Below, piece after piece: positions 9,646-17,989 of a DNA stretch of 32,113 bases. The stretch is from Burkholderiales bacterium. Its GTDB lineage: Bacteria > Pseudomonadota > Gammaproteobacteria > Burkholderiales > Burkholderiaceae_C. The notes below the pieces were generated by a model. That model ran no database searches and was not told the DNA's origin. It was given only the letters and a program-made list of their open reading frames with translations. Location: assembly GCA_038221635.1 (NCBI GenBank), contig JBBRID010000001.1, positions 1-32,113 of the forward strand, read 5' to 3'. The position numbers and the translations under genes are program-made. How positions within the stretch are numbered: position 1 is the stretch's first letter; every line of letters starts with the position of its first letter.

Positions 9646-11486
9646 CACGGCTGGGCCAGGCGCTGCACCTCGGTGTCGATGTCCAGGTATTTCCAGAATT
9701 CGCGGATGAACGGGTTGCGCCGATAGCCGACCACCCACGGGTGCATCAGATCGGTCGCGATGCGATGACTGCTGATCTTGTAGGGCACATAGGCCACCAT
9801 CAGTTTGCTGGCCTCCTCCATCACCTGCTCGCGTTCGGGGCCGTCGGGCATCTTGTTCTGCTTGATGTACAGCTCGTTGAAGGCCGGCAAGTCGAAGCGT
9901 GAATGGTTGGCCTGCCCTTTGTTCGGCCCGTAGGCCAGCGCCAGGAAGGTGTCGCCGTCCGGGCTGCTGGCCGCCCACGCCACGCCCCACATCATCAGCT
10001 TGCCAGCGCGCGAGGCCTTCAGGTTCTCTGGCCACTTGGCGGCTTTGAAGGTCATCCGGATGCCGATGGCCTTCATGCTTTTGTCCCACAGCTCGACCGA
10101 CTGCCGGCTCAGCTGATCGGGCTGGGTCGCCATCTCGAGCAACAGCGGTGAACCGTCCGGCAGATCACGCCAGCCGTCGCCGTTGCGGTCCACATAGCCG
10201 AACAGATCGAGCAAGGCCTTGGCACGCGCCGGGTCGTAGTCGCTCATCGAAGTTTTCAGATCCGGCTGATAGCCGAATGTCAACGGTGCGATCGCAGTCT
10301 GCGCCGGCACCGCCTGGTTCTTGCGAATCAGCCGAATCTCGTCGGGGCTGTTGTAAGCCAGCGCGATGGCGCGGCGCAGCGCCACCTTGTCCGGCGTATA
10401 GCCGCCGACGACCGGATTCTCATGGTTGAAAAGCGAGGCCAGTGTCGCGTCGACCAACGGCCCCCGGTCCATCACGACGCCCTGTTTCTTCAGATTCGGC
10501 GCCAGCTCGTTGTTCGGGATCGCGATCTCGGCAAACTCGGCCGGCAAGCGTTCGAGGAAATCGCTCTGGCCATTCAGGAAACTCAGCCAGCGCGGTTGGG
10601 TCTCTTCGATGATCGAAACCTCGACACGATCGAGCATCGGGATGCGGCGGCCTTTCAGTTTGGCGGCAATGGCTTGCGAGCGCGGATCGTCAGCGGGCGC
10701 TTCGGCGTCGTAGAACGTTTCGCGAAAGGCCGGATTCCTGACCAGCACGATGCGCGAGCTGCGCCGCCATTCGCTGAGCTTGAACGGCCCGGTGCCCACC
10801 GGGTGCTCCATGATCTTGTCGCCGTAGAACTCGACCACCGCTCGCGCCATTGCGCCGAATGACGAACTGTCGGTCATCAACTCCTGGTGGAACCGCGGTG
10901 ACGGTTCGGCCAGATTGAACTGCAAGGTATAGCGGTCGATCGCCTTGACGCCTTCGACAGGCGTGTCGTAGGGGAACGGCGCCTTCGCGTCGAGCGCCTT
11001 CTTGCGCAATTCGCTCAAGCCCAGCAGCTTCGCGTTCTCGAGTCGGTACAGATTCGGGCTCTTCCACTTCGGATCGTAATGTCGCTTGATCGAGTAGACG
11101 TAGTCGTTCGCGGTCAACTCGTGCCGCTCACCCTTGAATGCTGGATCGTCGGCGAAATAGACGCCGCGGCGGATGCGGAAGGTGAACTGCGTGAAATTGC
11201 CGTTGATTTCCGGCAGCGCCTCGGCAGTCAACGGCTTCATCTTGAATGGCCGCGCCAGATAGTCGAAAGCGAGCGGCGTCTCGAAGATGCCGGCGGTCAG
11301 GGTGCGCGAATACAGGTCCGATAGCTGCGCCGGATCGAAGCCGGTCTCGGCAACCGGAAACGCATACCGCAAGACTTTCGGGGCGGATCCGGCCGACGCT
11401 TTGTCGGGCTGCGCAGAAGCGATCGCGGCGAAGCTGAGGGCCAGCACAGCGGCCGCGCCGCGGCGCCACAGGAAAACAGCAGACAT
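9645..11486 (-). CDS. Peptide/nickel ABC transporter substrate-binding protein (family 5), copy 1
   Basis: Signal peptide; LRYAFPVAETGFDPAQ, HPVGTGPFKL, ALRRAIALA; clear paralog of the downstream gene. Confidence 0.93.
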   Translation of the reverse strand: MSAVFLWRRGAAAVLALSFAAIASAQPDKASAGSAPKVLRYAFPVAETGFDPAQLSDLYSRTLTAGIFETPLAFDYLARPFKMKPLTAEALPEINGNFTQFTFRIRRGVYFADDPAFKGERHELTANDYVYSIKRHYDPKWKSPNLYRLENAKLLGLSELRKKALDAKAPFPYDTPVEGVKAIDRYTLQFNLAEPSPRFHQELMTDSSSFGAMARAVVEFYGDKIMEHPVGTGPFKLSEWRRSSRIVLVRNPAFRETFYDAEAPADDPRSQAIAAKLKGRRIPMLDRVEVSIIEETQPRWLSFLNGQSDFLERLPAEFAEIAIPNNELAPNLKKQGVVMDRGPLVDATLASLFNHENPVVGGYTPDKVALRRAIALAYNSPDEIRLIRKNQAVPAQTAIAPLTFGYQPDLKTSMSDYDPARAKALLDLFGYVDRNGDGWRDLPDGSPLLLEMATQPDQLSRQSVELWDKSMKAIGIRMTFKAAKWPENLKASRAGKLMMWGVAWAASSPDGDTFLALAYGPNKGQANHSRFDLPAFNELYIKQNKMPDGPEREQVMEEASKLMVAYVPYKISSHRIATDLMHPWVVGYRRNPFIREFWKYLDIDTEVQRLAQP

Positions 11487-11811
11487 CGATTCGATTCCTC
11501 GTGGGGCGAACAGTAAAAACCGTGCGCGACTGGCGTGGTCTCGGCGCCTGATCGCGGACTTCCGCAGCCCCGAAGTTTAGGGCGTTGCCTTGAAACAATC
11601 GGCGGGGCATTTGCATGACCCGGCTTGAACCGGCCCTGAGCTTGCTTGGCATTGAATGCTTGTCGTTGCTTCCCTGGGCAAACGCGGGGGAACTCCGCGC
11701 TTTACGCCAAACAGTGTCCTAGACTCTCCGACTTGAAAATCGATCCTCGCGACCCGCCGCCACAAGCACGCTGACGCGTTGAACCCCACCCAATCCGAGT
11801 GAGCAACAAAG

Positions 11812-12750
11812 ATGGCCGCCTATCTGATCCGGCGCCTGTGGCAAATGATTCCGACCTTGATCGGCGTCGTGCTGCTGGTATTTTTCCTGTTCAAATATTT
11901 CGGTGGCGACCCCGCCGAGATTCTCGGTGGCCTGAATGCCAACCCTGAGCAGATCGAGTCGATCCGCGATCAGCTCGGCCTGAACCTCCCGGTCTGGCAG
12001 CAGTTGGCGATCTTCTTCAAGCAGATCGTCACCTTCGAGTGGGGCAAGAGCTGGGCGACCAATGAATCTGTCGCGACGCTGTTTGCCAGCCGGCTGCCGG
12101 CCACGCTGACGGTGATGATCCCGATCCTGATCCTCGAAGTGGTGCTGGCCATTCCGTTGGCGCTGCTGGTCGCGTACCGGCGCGGCACACTCACCGATCG
12201 CAGCATCATGATCATCAGCACGGTGGCGCTGTCGATCTCGCTGCTGGTCTACGTGATCGTGTTCCAGTACGTGTTCGCGTTCCAGCTCGGCTGGTTTCCA
12301 GTGCAAGGCTGGAGCAACAGTTTCTGGACCAACCTGAGCGTTTACTCGGTGTTGCCGGTGATGGTCGTCACGCTGGTTGCGCTGGCGCCGCAGACCCGGC
12401 TGTACCGCAGCTTCTTTCTCGACGAGATCGGCCAGGACTACGTGCGCACCGCACGCGCGAAAGGGCTGACCGAGAAGACCATCTTGCTGAAACACGTGTT
12501 GCGCAACGCGATGATTCCGATCCTGACCAACGTGGCGGTCGCACTGCCGGGCATCTTCGTCGGCTCGTTCCTGATCGAGGTGTTCTTCTCGATCCCGGGC
12601 CTAGGCCGCGAGGTGCTGCTGGCCGTCAACCGCAGCGACTACCCGGTGATCCAGGCCGTGACGATCTACATCGCGGTGATCACGATGACGGTCAACCTGC
12701 TGACCGATGTCCTCTACAAACTGGCCGATCCACGGGTGGTCCTCAAATGA
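11812..12750 (+). CDS. Peptide ABC transporter permease (DppB/OppB-like)
   Basis: YLIRRL N-terminus, GGDPA, EAA loop DYVRTARAKGL, HVLRNA, FSIPGLG, DYPVIQ, DPRV. Confidence 0.95.
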   Translation: MAAYLIRRLWQMIPTLIGVVLLVFFLFKYFGGDPAEILGGLNANPEQIESIRDQLGLNLPVWQQLAIFFKQIVTFEWGKSWATNESVATLFASRLPATLTVMIPILILEVVLAIPLALLVAYRRGTLTDRSIMIISTVALSISLLVYVIVFQYVFAFQLGWFPVQGWSNSFWTNLSVYSVLPVMVVTLVALAPQTRLYRSFFLDEIGQDYVRTARAKGLTEKTILLKHVLRNAMIPILTNVAVALPGIFVGSFLIEVFFSIPGLGREVLLAVNRSDYPVIQAVTIYIAVITMTVNLLTDVLYKLADPRVVLK

Positions 12751-13820
12751 GCGCCGTCATGCCCGCAGCGCTGCCTGCCGCCACTCGCACGTCATCGCCC
12801 GGCGTCTGGGGAGCCGCGTGGAAACGCTTTCGCACCGACCGGGTCGGCATGGCGTCGCTGTTCATCGTCGCCGCATTCGGCTTGCTGGTGGTCGCCGCGG
12901 GCTTGGGCTTGGTGGCCGGCAACTGGCAGACAGAGGTCGGCGTGCCGAACGCACCACCGAACTTCGTCGGCCCGCGCGACGCGTCGACATCGACCGCGAT
13001 TCCGGTCCCGAAGGGCCCGAACGTCGACATCTCCGATGTCGATCCACTGGCGCCGCGTTATGCCGAGTGGGAAGCGGCCACCGCCAAGTTCCGTACCGTC
13101 GAGACCGTCAAGGCCGAAACGCTGCTGTTCGGGGCCGACCGGCTCGGCCGCGACGTGTTGTCCAAGGCGGTGAAGGGCGCCGAAATCTCGATCATGGTCG
13201 GCGTGTTGGCAGCCTTGGCTGCAACCCTGATCGGGACGGTGCTCGGCGCACTCGGCGGCTTCTACGGCGGCAAGGTCGGCGACCTGCTCGAATGGATCTA
13301 CAACGTCTTCACGTCGATCCCGGGCATCCTGCTCATCTTCACCTTTGCCGCGGTACTGAACCGCGCCGACGCGATCGTGCCGAAAGGCATCTGGAGCATC
13401 GTCGTGATTCTCGGCCTGACCGGCTGGACCGGCATCTACAGACTGGTGCGCGGCGAATTTCTGAAACACGCGGTGCGCGAATACGTGCGCGCCGCCGAGG
13501 CGATCGGCGCCAGCAACGCATCGCGCATCTTCCGCCACATCCTGCCCAATGTCAGCCACGTGGTGCTGGTGCAGTTGTCGATCCAGGTCGTCGGCTTCAT
13601 CAAAGCCGAGGTGATCCTGAGCTACCTGGGCCTCGGCGTGGCCGTCGATCAGGTCAGCTGGGGAACCATGCTGGCCGAGGCACAGAGCGAGCTGATCCTC
13701 GGCAACTGGTGGCAACTGGTTGCAGCAACCGCCTTCATGGCGGTGTTCGTGACCGCGTTTTCATTGTTCACCGATGCCTTGCGCGACGCCCTCGACCCCA
13801 AACTGCGTGGGCTGGAGTGA
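12747..13820 (+). CDS. Peptide ABC transporter permease (DppC/OppC-like)
   Basis: FGADRLGRDV, EYVRAAEAIGAS, RHILPN, LSYLGLG, SWGTML, DALRDALDPK; ATGA overlap with the first permease. Confidence 0.95.
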   Translation: MSAVMPAALPAATRTSSPGVWGAAWKRFRTDRVGMASLFIVAAFGLLVVAAGLGLVAGNWQTEVGVPNAPPNFVGPRDASTSTAIPVPKGPNVDISDVDPLAPRYAEWEAATAKFRTVETVKAETLLFGADRLGRDVLSKAVKGAEISIMVGVLAALAATLIGTVLGALGGFYGGKVGDLLEWIYNVFTSIPGILLIFTFAAVLNRADAIVPKGIWSIVVILGLTGWTGIYRLVRGEFLKHAVREYVRAAEAIGASNASRIFRHILPNVSHVVLVQLSIQVVGFIKAEVILSYLGLGVAVDQVSWGTMLAEAQSELILGNWWQLVAATAFMAVFVTAFSLFTDALRDALDPKLRGLE

Positions 13821-13984
13821 TGGCCCACCCCCGGACCCGCTGCGCGGCACCCCCTCAAGGGGGCACACCAGCGGGCCGGCGGAGCCGGATCCGCGGTGTT
13901 TGCTGGATCGGCACGAACGCTCTACTGGGCGAAGGCCGAGAACAGCAAAGAGGAAGCGCACATCTTGTTAATGGAGCATGGTGA
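13820..13984 (+). other. 54-aa mini-ORF spanning the intergenic element, overlapping both flanking genes by TGATG
   Basis: ATG 13820-13822 overlaps the permease TGA 13818-13820; reads MAHPRTRCAAPPQGGTPAG...HLVNGAW; its TGA 13982-13984 overlaps the ATPase ATG 13984. Confidence 0.45.
13821..13905. repeat. GC-rich palindromic intergenic element (REP/MITE-like)
   Basis: Hairpin CCCCCT-CA-AGGGGG (13850-13863) and long imperfect hairpin ACACC-A-GCGG-G-CCGGC-GGA-GCCGG-AT-CCGC-GGTGT (13865-13899). Resembles dispersed repeats recalled from Burkholderiales genomes; only one copy in this window. Confidence 0.65.
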
Positions 13985-15699
13985 TGTTGTTGTCGATAGA
14001 AGATCTGCGGGTGTCGTTCCGGATGGGCAACGACAAGGGTGTGATGCAGCGCATCCAGGCTGTTGGGCGCGGCGAAACGGGGGTCAGTTTCGAGATTCCC
14101 GAAAACACCACGGTTGCGCTGGTGGGCGAATCAGGGTCGGGCAAAAGCGTCACTGCGATGTCGATCCTGAACCTGCTGCCGGACAACGCCGATCGCAGCG
14201 GGCGCATCCGTTTCATGGGGCGCGACATCATCGGTTTGTCGATGGCCGAGCTGCAGGCGCTGCGCGGCAAGGAAATCGCCTGCGTTTTCCAGGATCCGAT
14301 GACCTCGCTGAACCCCGTGTTCACGGTCGGCCAACAGATCTGCGAGCCGCTGATCAAGCACCTGGGCCTGTCGCGACGCGAGGCCTGGACACGCGCCGAG
14401 GCCTTGCTGGAAGAGGTCGGCATGCCCGATCCGAAGCGACGCCTCTCGGCGCACCCGCATCAGCTGTCGGGCGGCCAGCAGCAGCGCGTGATGATCGCAA
14501 TGGCGCTGGCCTGCGAGCCCAAGCTGCTGATCGCCGACGAGCCGACCACCGCGCTCGACGTGACGATTCAGCGTCAGATTCTGGAGCTGCTGGCTGGCCT
14601 GAAGAGCAGGCACCGGATGAGCATGCTGTTCATCAGCCACGACCTCGGCGTTGTCGGCGAGATTGCCGACCACGTGGTGGTGATGCGCCAGGGCACGGTG
14701 CGCGAGCAGGCGCCGGTGGCCGGCATCTTTGCCAACCCGCGCGACGGCTATACCAAGGCCTTGCTGGCCTGCCGTCCGACGCTGGCGCAACGCGAAGCCC
14801 GTCTGATGGTGATCGACGACCACATCGCCGCGCAGCAAGCGGGCGCCATCACGTCGCCCGAACAAGCTTCGATGGCAAAAGATGCGGCCGCTCCGATCAT
14901 CATTGAAGCCAGCGGTCTGACCAAGAGTTTCTGGCTGCGCAGCGGCGTCTTCGGTCGCAAGGAGTTCCGCGCGGTCAAGGGCGCCAGCTTCAAGCTCAGG
15001 CGTGGTCATACGCTCGGCGTCGTAGGCGAATCAGGCTCCGGCAAAACCACGATGGGCCTCAGTCTGCTGCGCCTGCACGAACCCAGCGGCGGGCCGGTCG
15101 GCGGTCGGGTGCAATTCGACGGCCAGGATCTGCTGGCGCTCAGCCGGGCGCAGATGATTCCGATGCGTCGACGCATCCAGGTGGTGTTCCAGAATCCCTA
15201 TGCGAGCCTGAATCCGCGCTTCACGATCGGCCAGACGCTGGTCGAGCCGATGACCATCCACGCGATCGGCCGCGACACCGCCGACCGCGAACAACGCGCC
15301 AGCGCGCTGCTCGCCAAGGTTGGCCTCGACGATTCAGCGCTGCAAAAATATCCTCACGAATTCTCGGGTGGGCAGCGCCAGCGCATCGCTATCGCCCGTT
15401 GCCTGACGCTCGACCCCGAGGTGCTGGTACTCGACGAGGCGGTGAGCGCGCTCGATGTCAGCGTGCAGGCACAGGTGCTGAACCTGCTGAAGGATTTGCA
15501 GGACGAACTGGGGCTGGCCTACATCTTCATCAGCCACGATCTGGCGGTGGTGCGCTTCATGGCCGACGAGGTGATGGTGATGCAGGACGGAGAAGTGGTC
15601 GAGCAGGCCAGCGTCGAGCAGATTCTCGATGCGCCGCAGCAGGAATACACACGCCGTCTTTTGGCCGCGATTCCACGCGGATACCGCGCCGCGGCATGA
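13984..15699 (+). CDS. Peptide ABC transporter ATP-binding protein, two fused NBDs (DppD/F, YejF-like)
   Basis: GESGSGKS / LSGGQQQR / LLIADEPT and GESGSGKT / FSGGQRQR / LVLDEAV. GGAG at 13973-13976 favours ATG 13984 over 13978. Confidence 0.95.
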   Translation: MLLSIEDLRVSFRMGNDKGVMQRIQAVGRGETGVSFEIPENTTVALVGESGSGKSVTAMSILNLLPDNADRSGRIRFMGRDIIGLSMAELQALRGKEIACVFQDPMTSLNPVFTVGQQICEPLIKHLGLSRREAWTRAEALLEEVGMPDPKRRLSAHPHQLSGGQQQRVMIAMALACEPKLLIADEPTTALDVTIQRQILELLAGLKSRHRMSMLFISHDLGVVGEIADHVVVMRQGTVREQAPVAGIFANPRDGYTKALLACRPTLAQREARLMVIDDHIAAQQAGAITSPEQASMAKDAAAPIIIEASGLTKSFWLRSGVFGRKEFRAVKGASFKLRRGHTLGVVGESGSGKTTMGLSLLRLHEPSGGPVGGRVQFDGQDLLALSRAQMIPMRRRIQVVFQNPYASLNPRFTIGQTLVEPMTIHAIGRDTADREQRASALLAKVGLDDSALQKYPHEFSGGQRQRIAIARCLTLDPEVLVLDEAVSALDVSVQAQVLNLLKDLQDELGLAYIFISHDLAVVRFMADEVMVMQDGEVVEQASVEQILDAPQQEYTRRLLAAIPRGYRAAA

Positions 15700-15707
15700 C
15701 CTGCAAT

Positions 15708-15761
15708 CGCGGCTGAAGCCGCTCCTACGTTAAAAATACGGTAGGAGCGGCTTCAGCCGCG
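15708..15761. repeat. Inverted doublet of 21-bp GTAG-type REP (REPIN-like); may also act as terminator between convergent genes
   Basis: CGCGGCTGAAGCCGCTCCTAC (15708-15728), 12-nt spacer GTTAAAAATACG, then its exact reverse complement GTAGGAGCGGCTTCAGCCGCG (15741-15761). Confidence 0.88.
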
Positions 15762-15797
15762 CTTCCTTGTCAAAATCCCGAAGTGGAGCCGACCGCC

Positions 15798-16724
15798 TCA
15801 TGTGGTCACATCCTGCTTGAACAGCAGCTCGTAGATTTCGCGGATCGCATCGGCGGAAGCGTCGATCTGGAACATGTAGCCCTCGGGGTAGAAGACATAC
15901 AACAGGTCGCTCTGGTGCGCGACATGGTCCTGCGAGGCGTGCTGAATCATTTCGCAGCCGAAGCCTTGGTTCAAAAACTGCTGGATCTGCGGAAACTTGG
16001 CGGTGTAATAGTGCTCCGTGCCATGCAGCTTTTCCTTCAGCACGCGCGGCGAACGGTTGATCAAGCTGCCCGCCAGCGAAGGCATCTCGGGCGGCCGCAG
16101 GTCGATCAGGCCATACAGGTCGTAATCGCCGTGGATGTAGCGCATCTCGGTCTGTTTGAACCGGGCCCAGGCCCGGCTGGCGAGGTGGAAATCCTCCGCC
16201 GGAATATCCTGCCTCGACAACATCAGGCAGCCAAAATGGCGGCTGATGCGCACGGTGTCGACGGCATAGAAGCCCTTGGTCTCGCGCCGCCTGAAGACCT
16301 TGTTCGCCTTCTCGTCCTTCGACTTGTCGCGCAGAAAGCCGGTCCACGATTCTTGCGCCTTTCTTCGCTTGCCGTCGCTCGCGAAAGCCGCGTGACTGAT
16401 GACGGTCGGATCGACCACCAACCCGGCACACTCGCAGTACAGGTTCAGGTCCGGCACGAAGCAGTTGTTGTCGGCGGTCTTGGGTTTGCAGTCGATCGGC
16501 TTGGGCGTGTAGTTCTTCTGTCCGATGTAGGTGAGCGACTTCACGTTGGTGGCGCGCACGATGATGATGTGGTCGAACAGTTCAGCTGCCGCAGCGAATA
16601 CGGCAATGTCTTGGGTCCGCAGCTTGAGAAACTCGCCAAAGGCAAGCGGCTGCAGACGGGAACTGGCCAGGCCGATTCGGTGCAGGCGGCGACCGGCCAG
16701 GGCGTCGGCATTCTTCAGTGCCAT
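15798..16724 (-). CDS. Hypothetical protein with class II (anthrax EF/CyaA/ExoY-like) nucleotidyl cyclase motifs, 308 aa
   Basis: Start ATG 16724 after GGGGGAAAAG. Motifs IVRATN, TPKPIDCKPKTAD, CAGLV, HGDYDLY, FLNQGFGCEMIQHASQDH in the EF/ExoY order. Confidence 0.65.
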   Translation of the reverse strand: MALKNADALAGRRLHRIGLASSRLQPLAFGEFLKLRTQDIAVFAAAAELFDHIIIVRATNVKSLTYIGQKNYTPKPIDCKPKTADNNCFVPDLNLYCECAGLVVDPTVISHAAFASDGKRRKAQESWTGFLRDKSKDEKANKVFRRRETKGFYAVDTVRISRHFGCLMLSRQDIPAEDFHLASRAWARFKQTEMRYIHGDYDLYGLIDLRPPEMPSLAGSLINRSPRVLKEKLHGTEHYYTAKFPQIQQFLNQGFGCEMIQHASQDHVAHQSDLLYVFYPEGYMFQIDASADAIREIYELLFKQDVTT

Positions 16725-16871
16725 CTTTTCCCCCGTAACGATGCATGGACTCAGGCCCTGCAAGCATCTCCAGCCGGGCGCGAAACGATCCGCATTGTTT
16801 CCGCTGCGGCGCAGTGCGCCACATGTTTTACAGCGGCTTACGTGGAAAAGTCACGGTTTCTCGCGATTGCT

Positions 16872-17678
16872 TCATCGTTGCGCCGAGACCAGCTGCTGCC
16901 ACACGCGCCGCGCTGCGGGCAGCACTCGTTCCGGCTCGAGCTGCGCCTGCGATGCGACGGCCTGCACGGAGTCGTTCAGCTGGTCGACATCATTCATCAG
17001 CACGTTGGCCAGCACCGACAGCGCACAGATGGCCGGACGGGGCACGTTCGGCAGACGCCAGTGCTCAGTGAATCCGACATGGTGGCGCACGCAATGCACC
17101 GCTGCCTGCGCAAGTCCCCAGCTTTCGCACAAGGCCGCGCCCAGGGCGTCATGACTGACGCCGTATTCCCGGTGTTCGAGGTAAACCAGTTCTGCATCGT
17201 CCTGTGCACCGAGCAACAGCGGCAGATACCGCGTCGGCGAGTGGCGGAACAACACGGCCTTGCCACACTCCTCGAACAGCCCGGCCGAATGGGCGGCCCA
17301 GGGGTCGACGTTCAGAGCCTCGCCGATGCGGCCCATCAACATGCCCCGCAGCGCCGCTCGTCTCCACAGTGGCTGAAGCTCAAGGGTTGCCGGGAAAACG
17401 GCGCGCAAACCCATTTCGTAGGCAACCGATGCAACTTCGCGGGTGCCGAGATAGGTCACCGCCTGGCGCACCGTCTGGACCCGCTCGCCCAGGCCGTACA
17501 GCGATGAGTTGACGGCCTTCAGCACCGCAGCCGCCAGCGCCATGTCGCTTTCCACCAGTTCGCCTATGCGGCGAACATCGCAATCCTCGTCGGCCAGCAG
17601 CGCCGCCAGACGACCCAGCGCGACTGGCTGGGTCGGCAGGTCCACACTCAGGGAGCGCAAATGGGGATCGACGGACAT
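16872..17678 (-). CDS. Stand-alone HDOD domain protein
   Basis: LPTQP, DMALAAAVLKAVNSSLYGL, QAVTYLG, AGLFEECGK, EHREYGVSHDALGAALCESWGL, VRHH. Start ATG 17678; the ORF-track extension crosses a terminator. Confidence 0.9.
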   Translation of the reverse strand: MSVDPHLRSLSVDLPTQPVALGRLAALLADEDCDVRRIGELVESDMALAAAVLKAVNSSLYGLGERVQTVRQAVTYLGTREVASVAYEMGLRAVFPATLELQPLWRRAALRGMLMGRIGEALNVDPWAAHSAGLFEECGKAVLFRHSPTRYLPLLLGAQDDAELVYLEHREYGVSHDALGAALCESWGLAQAAVHCVRHHVGFTEHWRLPNVPRPAICALSVLANVLMNDVDQLNDSVQAVASQAQLEPERVLPAARRVWQQLVSAQR

Positions 17679-17774
17679 TCCCTGTCTTCGGCTTGCGCCG
17701 GGTGATCTTGAGTGACCGGGCCGACCGGAACAGGAAACGATGCGGCGAAGCAAGAGTGCGCCCATGCTGGGCGC

Positions 17775-17809
17775 ACAAGAAAAAGGGCGCTGAGTTCTCA
17801 GCGCCCTTT
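17775..17809 (-). terminator. Rho-independent terminator
   Basis: Minus strand AAAGGGCGCTGAG-AA-CTCAGCGCCCTTTTTCTT: perfect inverted repeat followed by a U tract. Confidence 0.85.
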
Positions 17810-17925
17810 CACATTTTTGCCATCCAGTGGCTTCTTGAATCACGGCGCCGGATTGCCCGGACCGCGTTGTCATCTCCTCAGACCCCCGCCATGGCAATAC
17901 ACCGGTTCAGTGCTTGCCGCGAGTG
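17775..17925 (-). ncRNA. Candidate ~150-nt small RNA
   Basis: -10-like TACAGT (17937-17932), three predicted hairpins (17893-17918, 17841-17866, 17819-17831), then the terminator; no credible ORF. Confidence 0.5.
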
Positions 17926-17989
17926 GGTGGGACTGTAGGGAAGTGTCCGTGCACCCGCATCGGGGGTTTCCCTGCGACAGCGCGATTCC

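Noticed and set aside
7849-9726. 625-aa plus-strand ORF, and similar long ORFs at 5869-7179, 15783-17507, 17993-19312 and 26895-28298
   Set aside because: Antisense shadows of well-supported genes, expected at high GC; no family motifs.
17840-17890. SAH riboswitch suggested by TCTGAGGAG...CAACG
   Set aside because: Lacks the GAGCGYUGC and GCCAGGCUC core, and the downstream gene is not ahcY, metF or metH.
17679-17897. N-terminal extension of HDOD or leader peptide from GAGGAG-ATG
   Set aside because: No spacing between the SD-like sequence and ATG, the frame runs through a strong terminator, and HDOD similarity begins at 17678.
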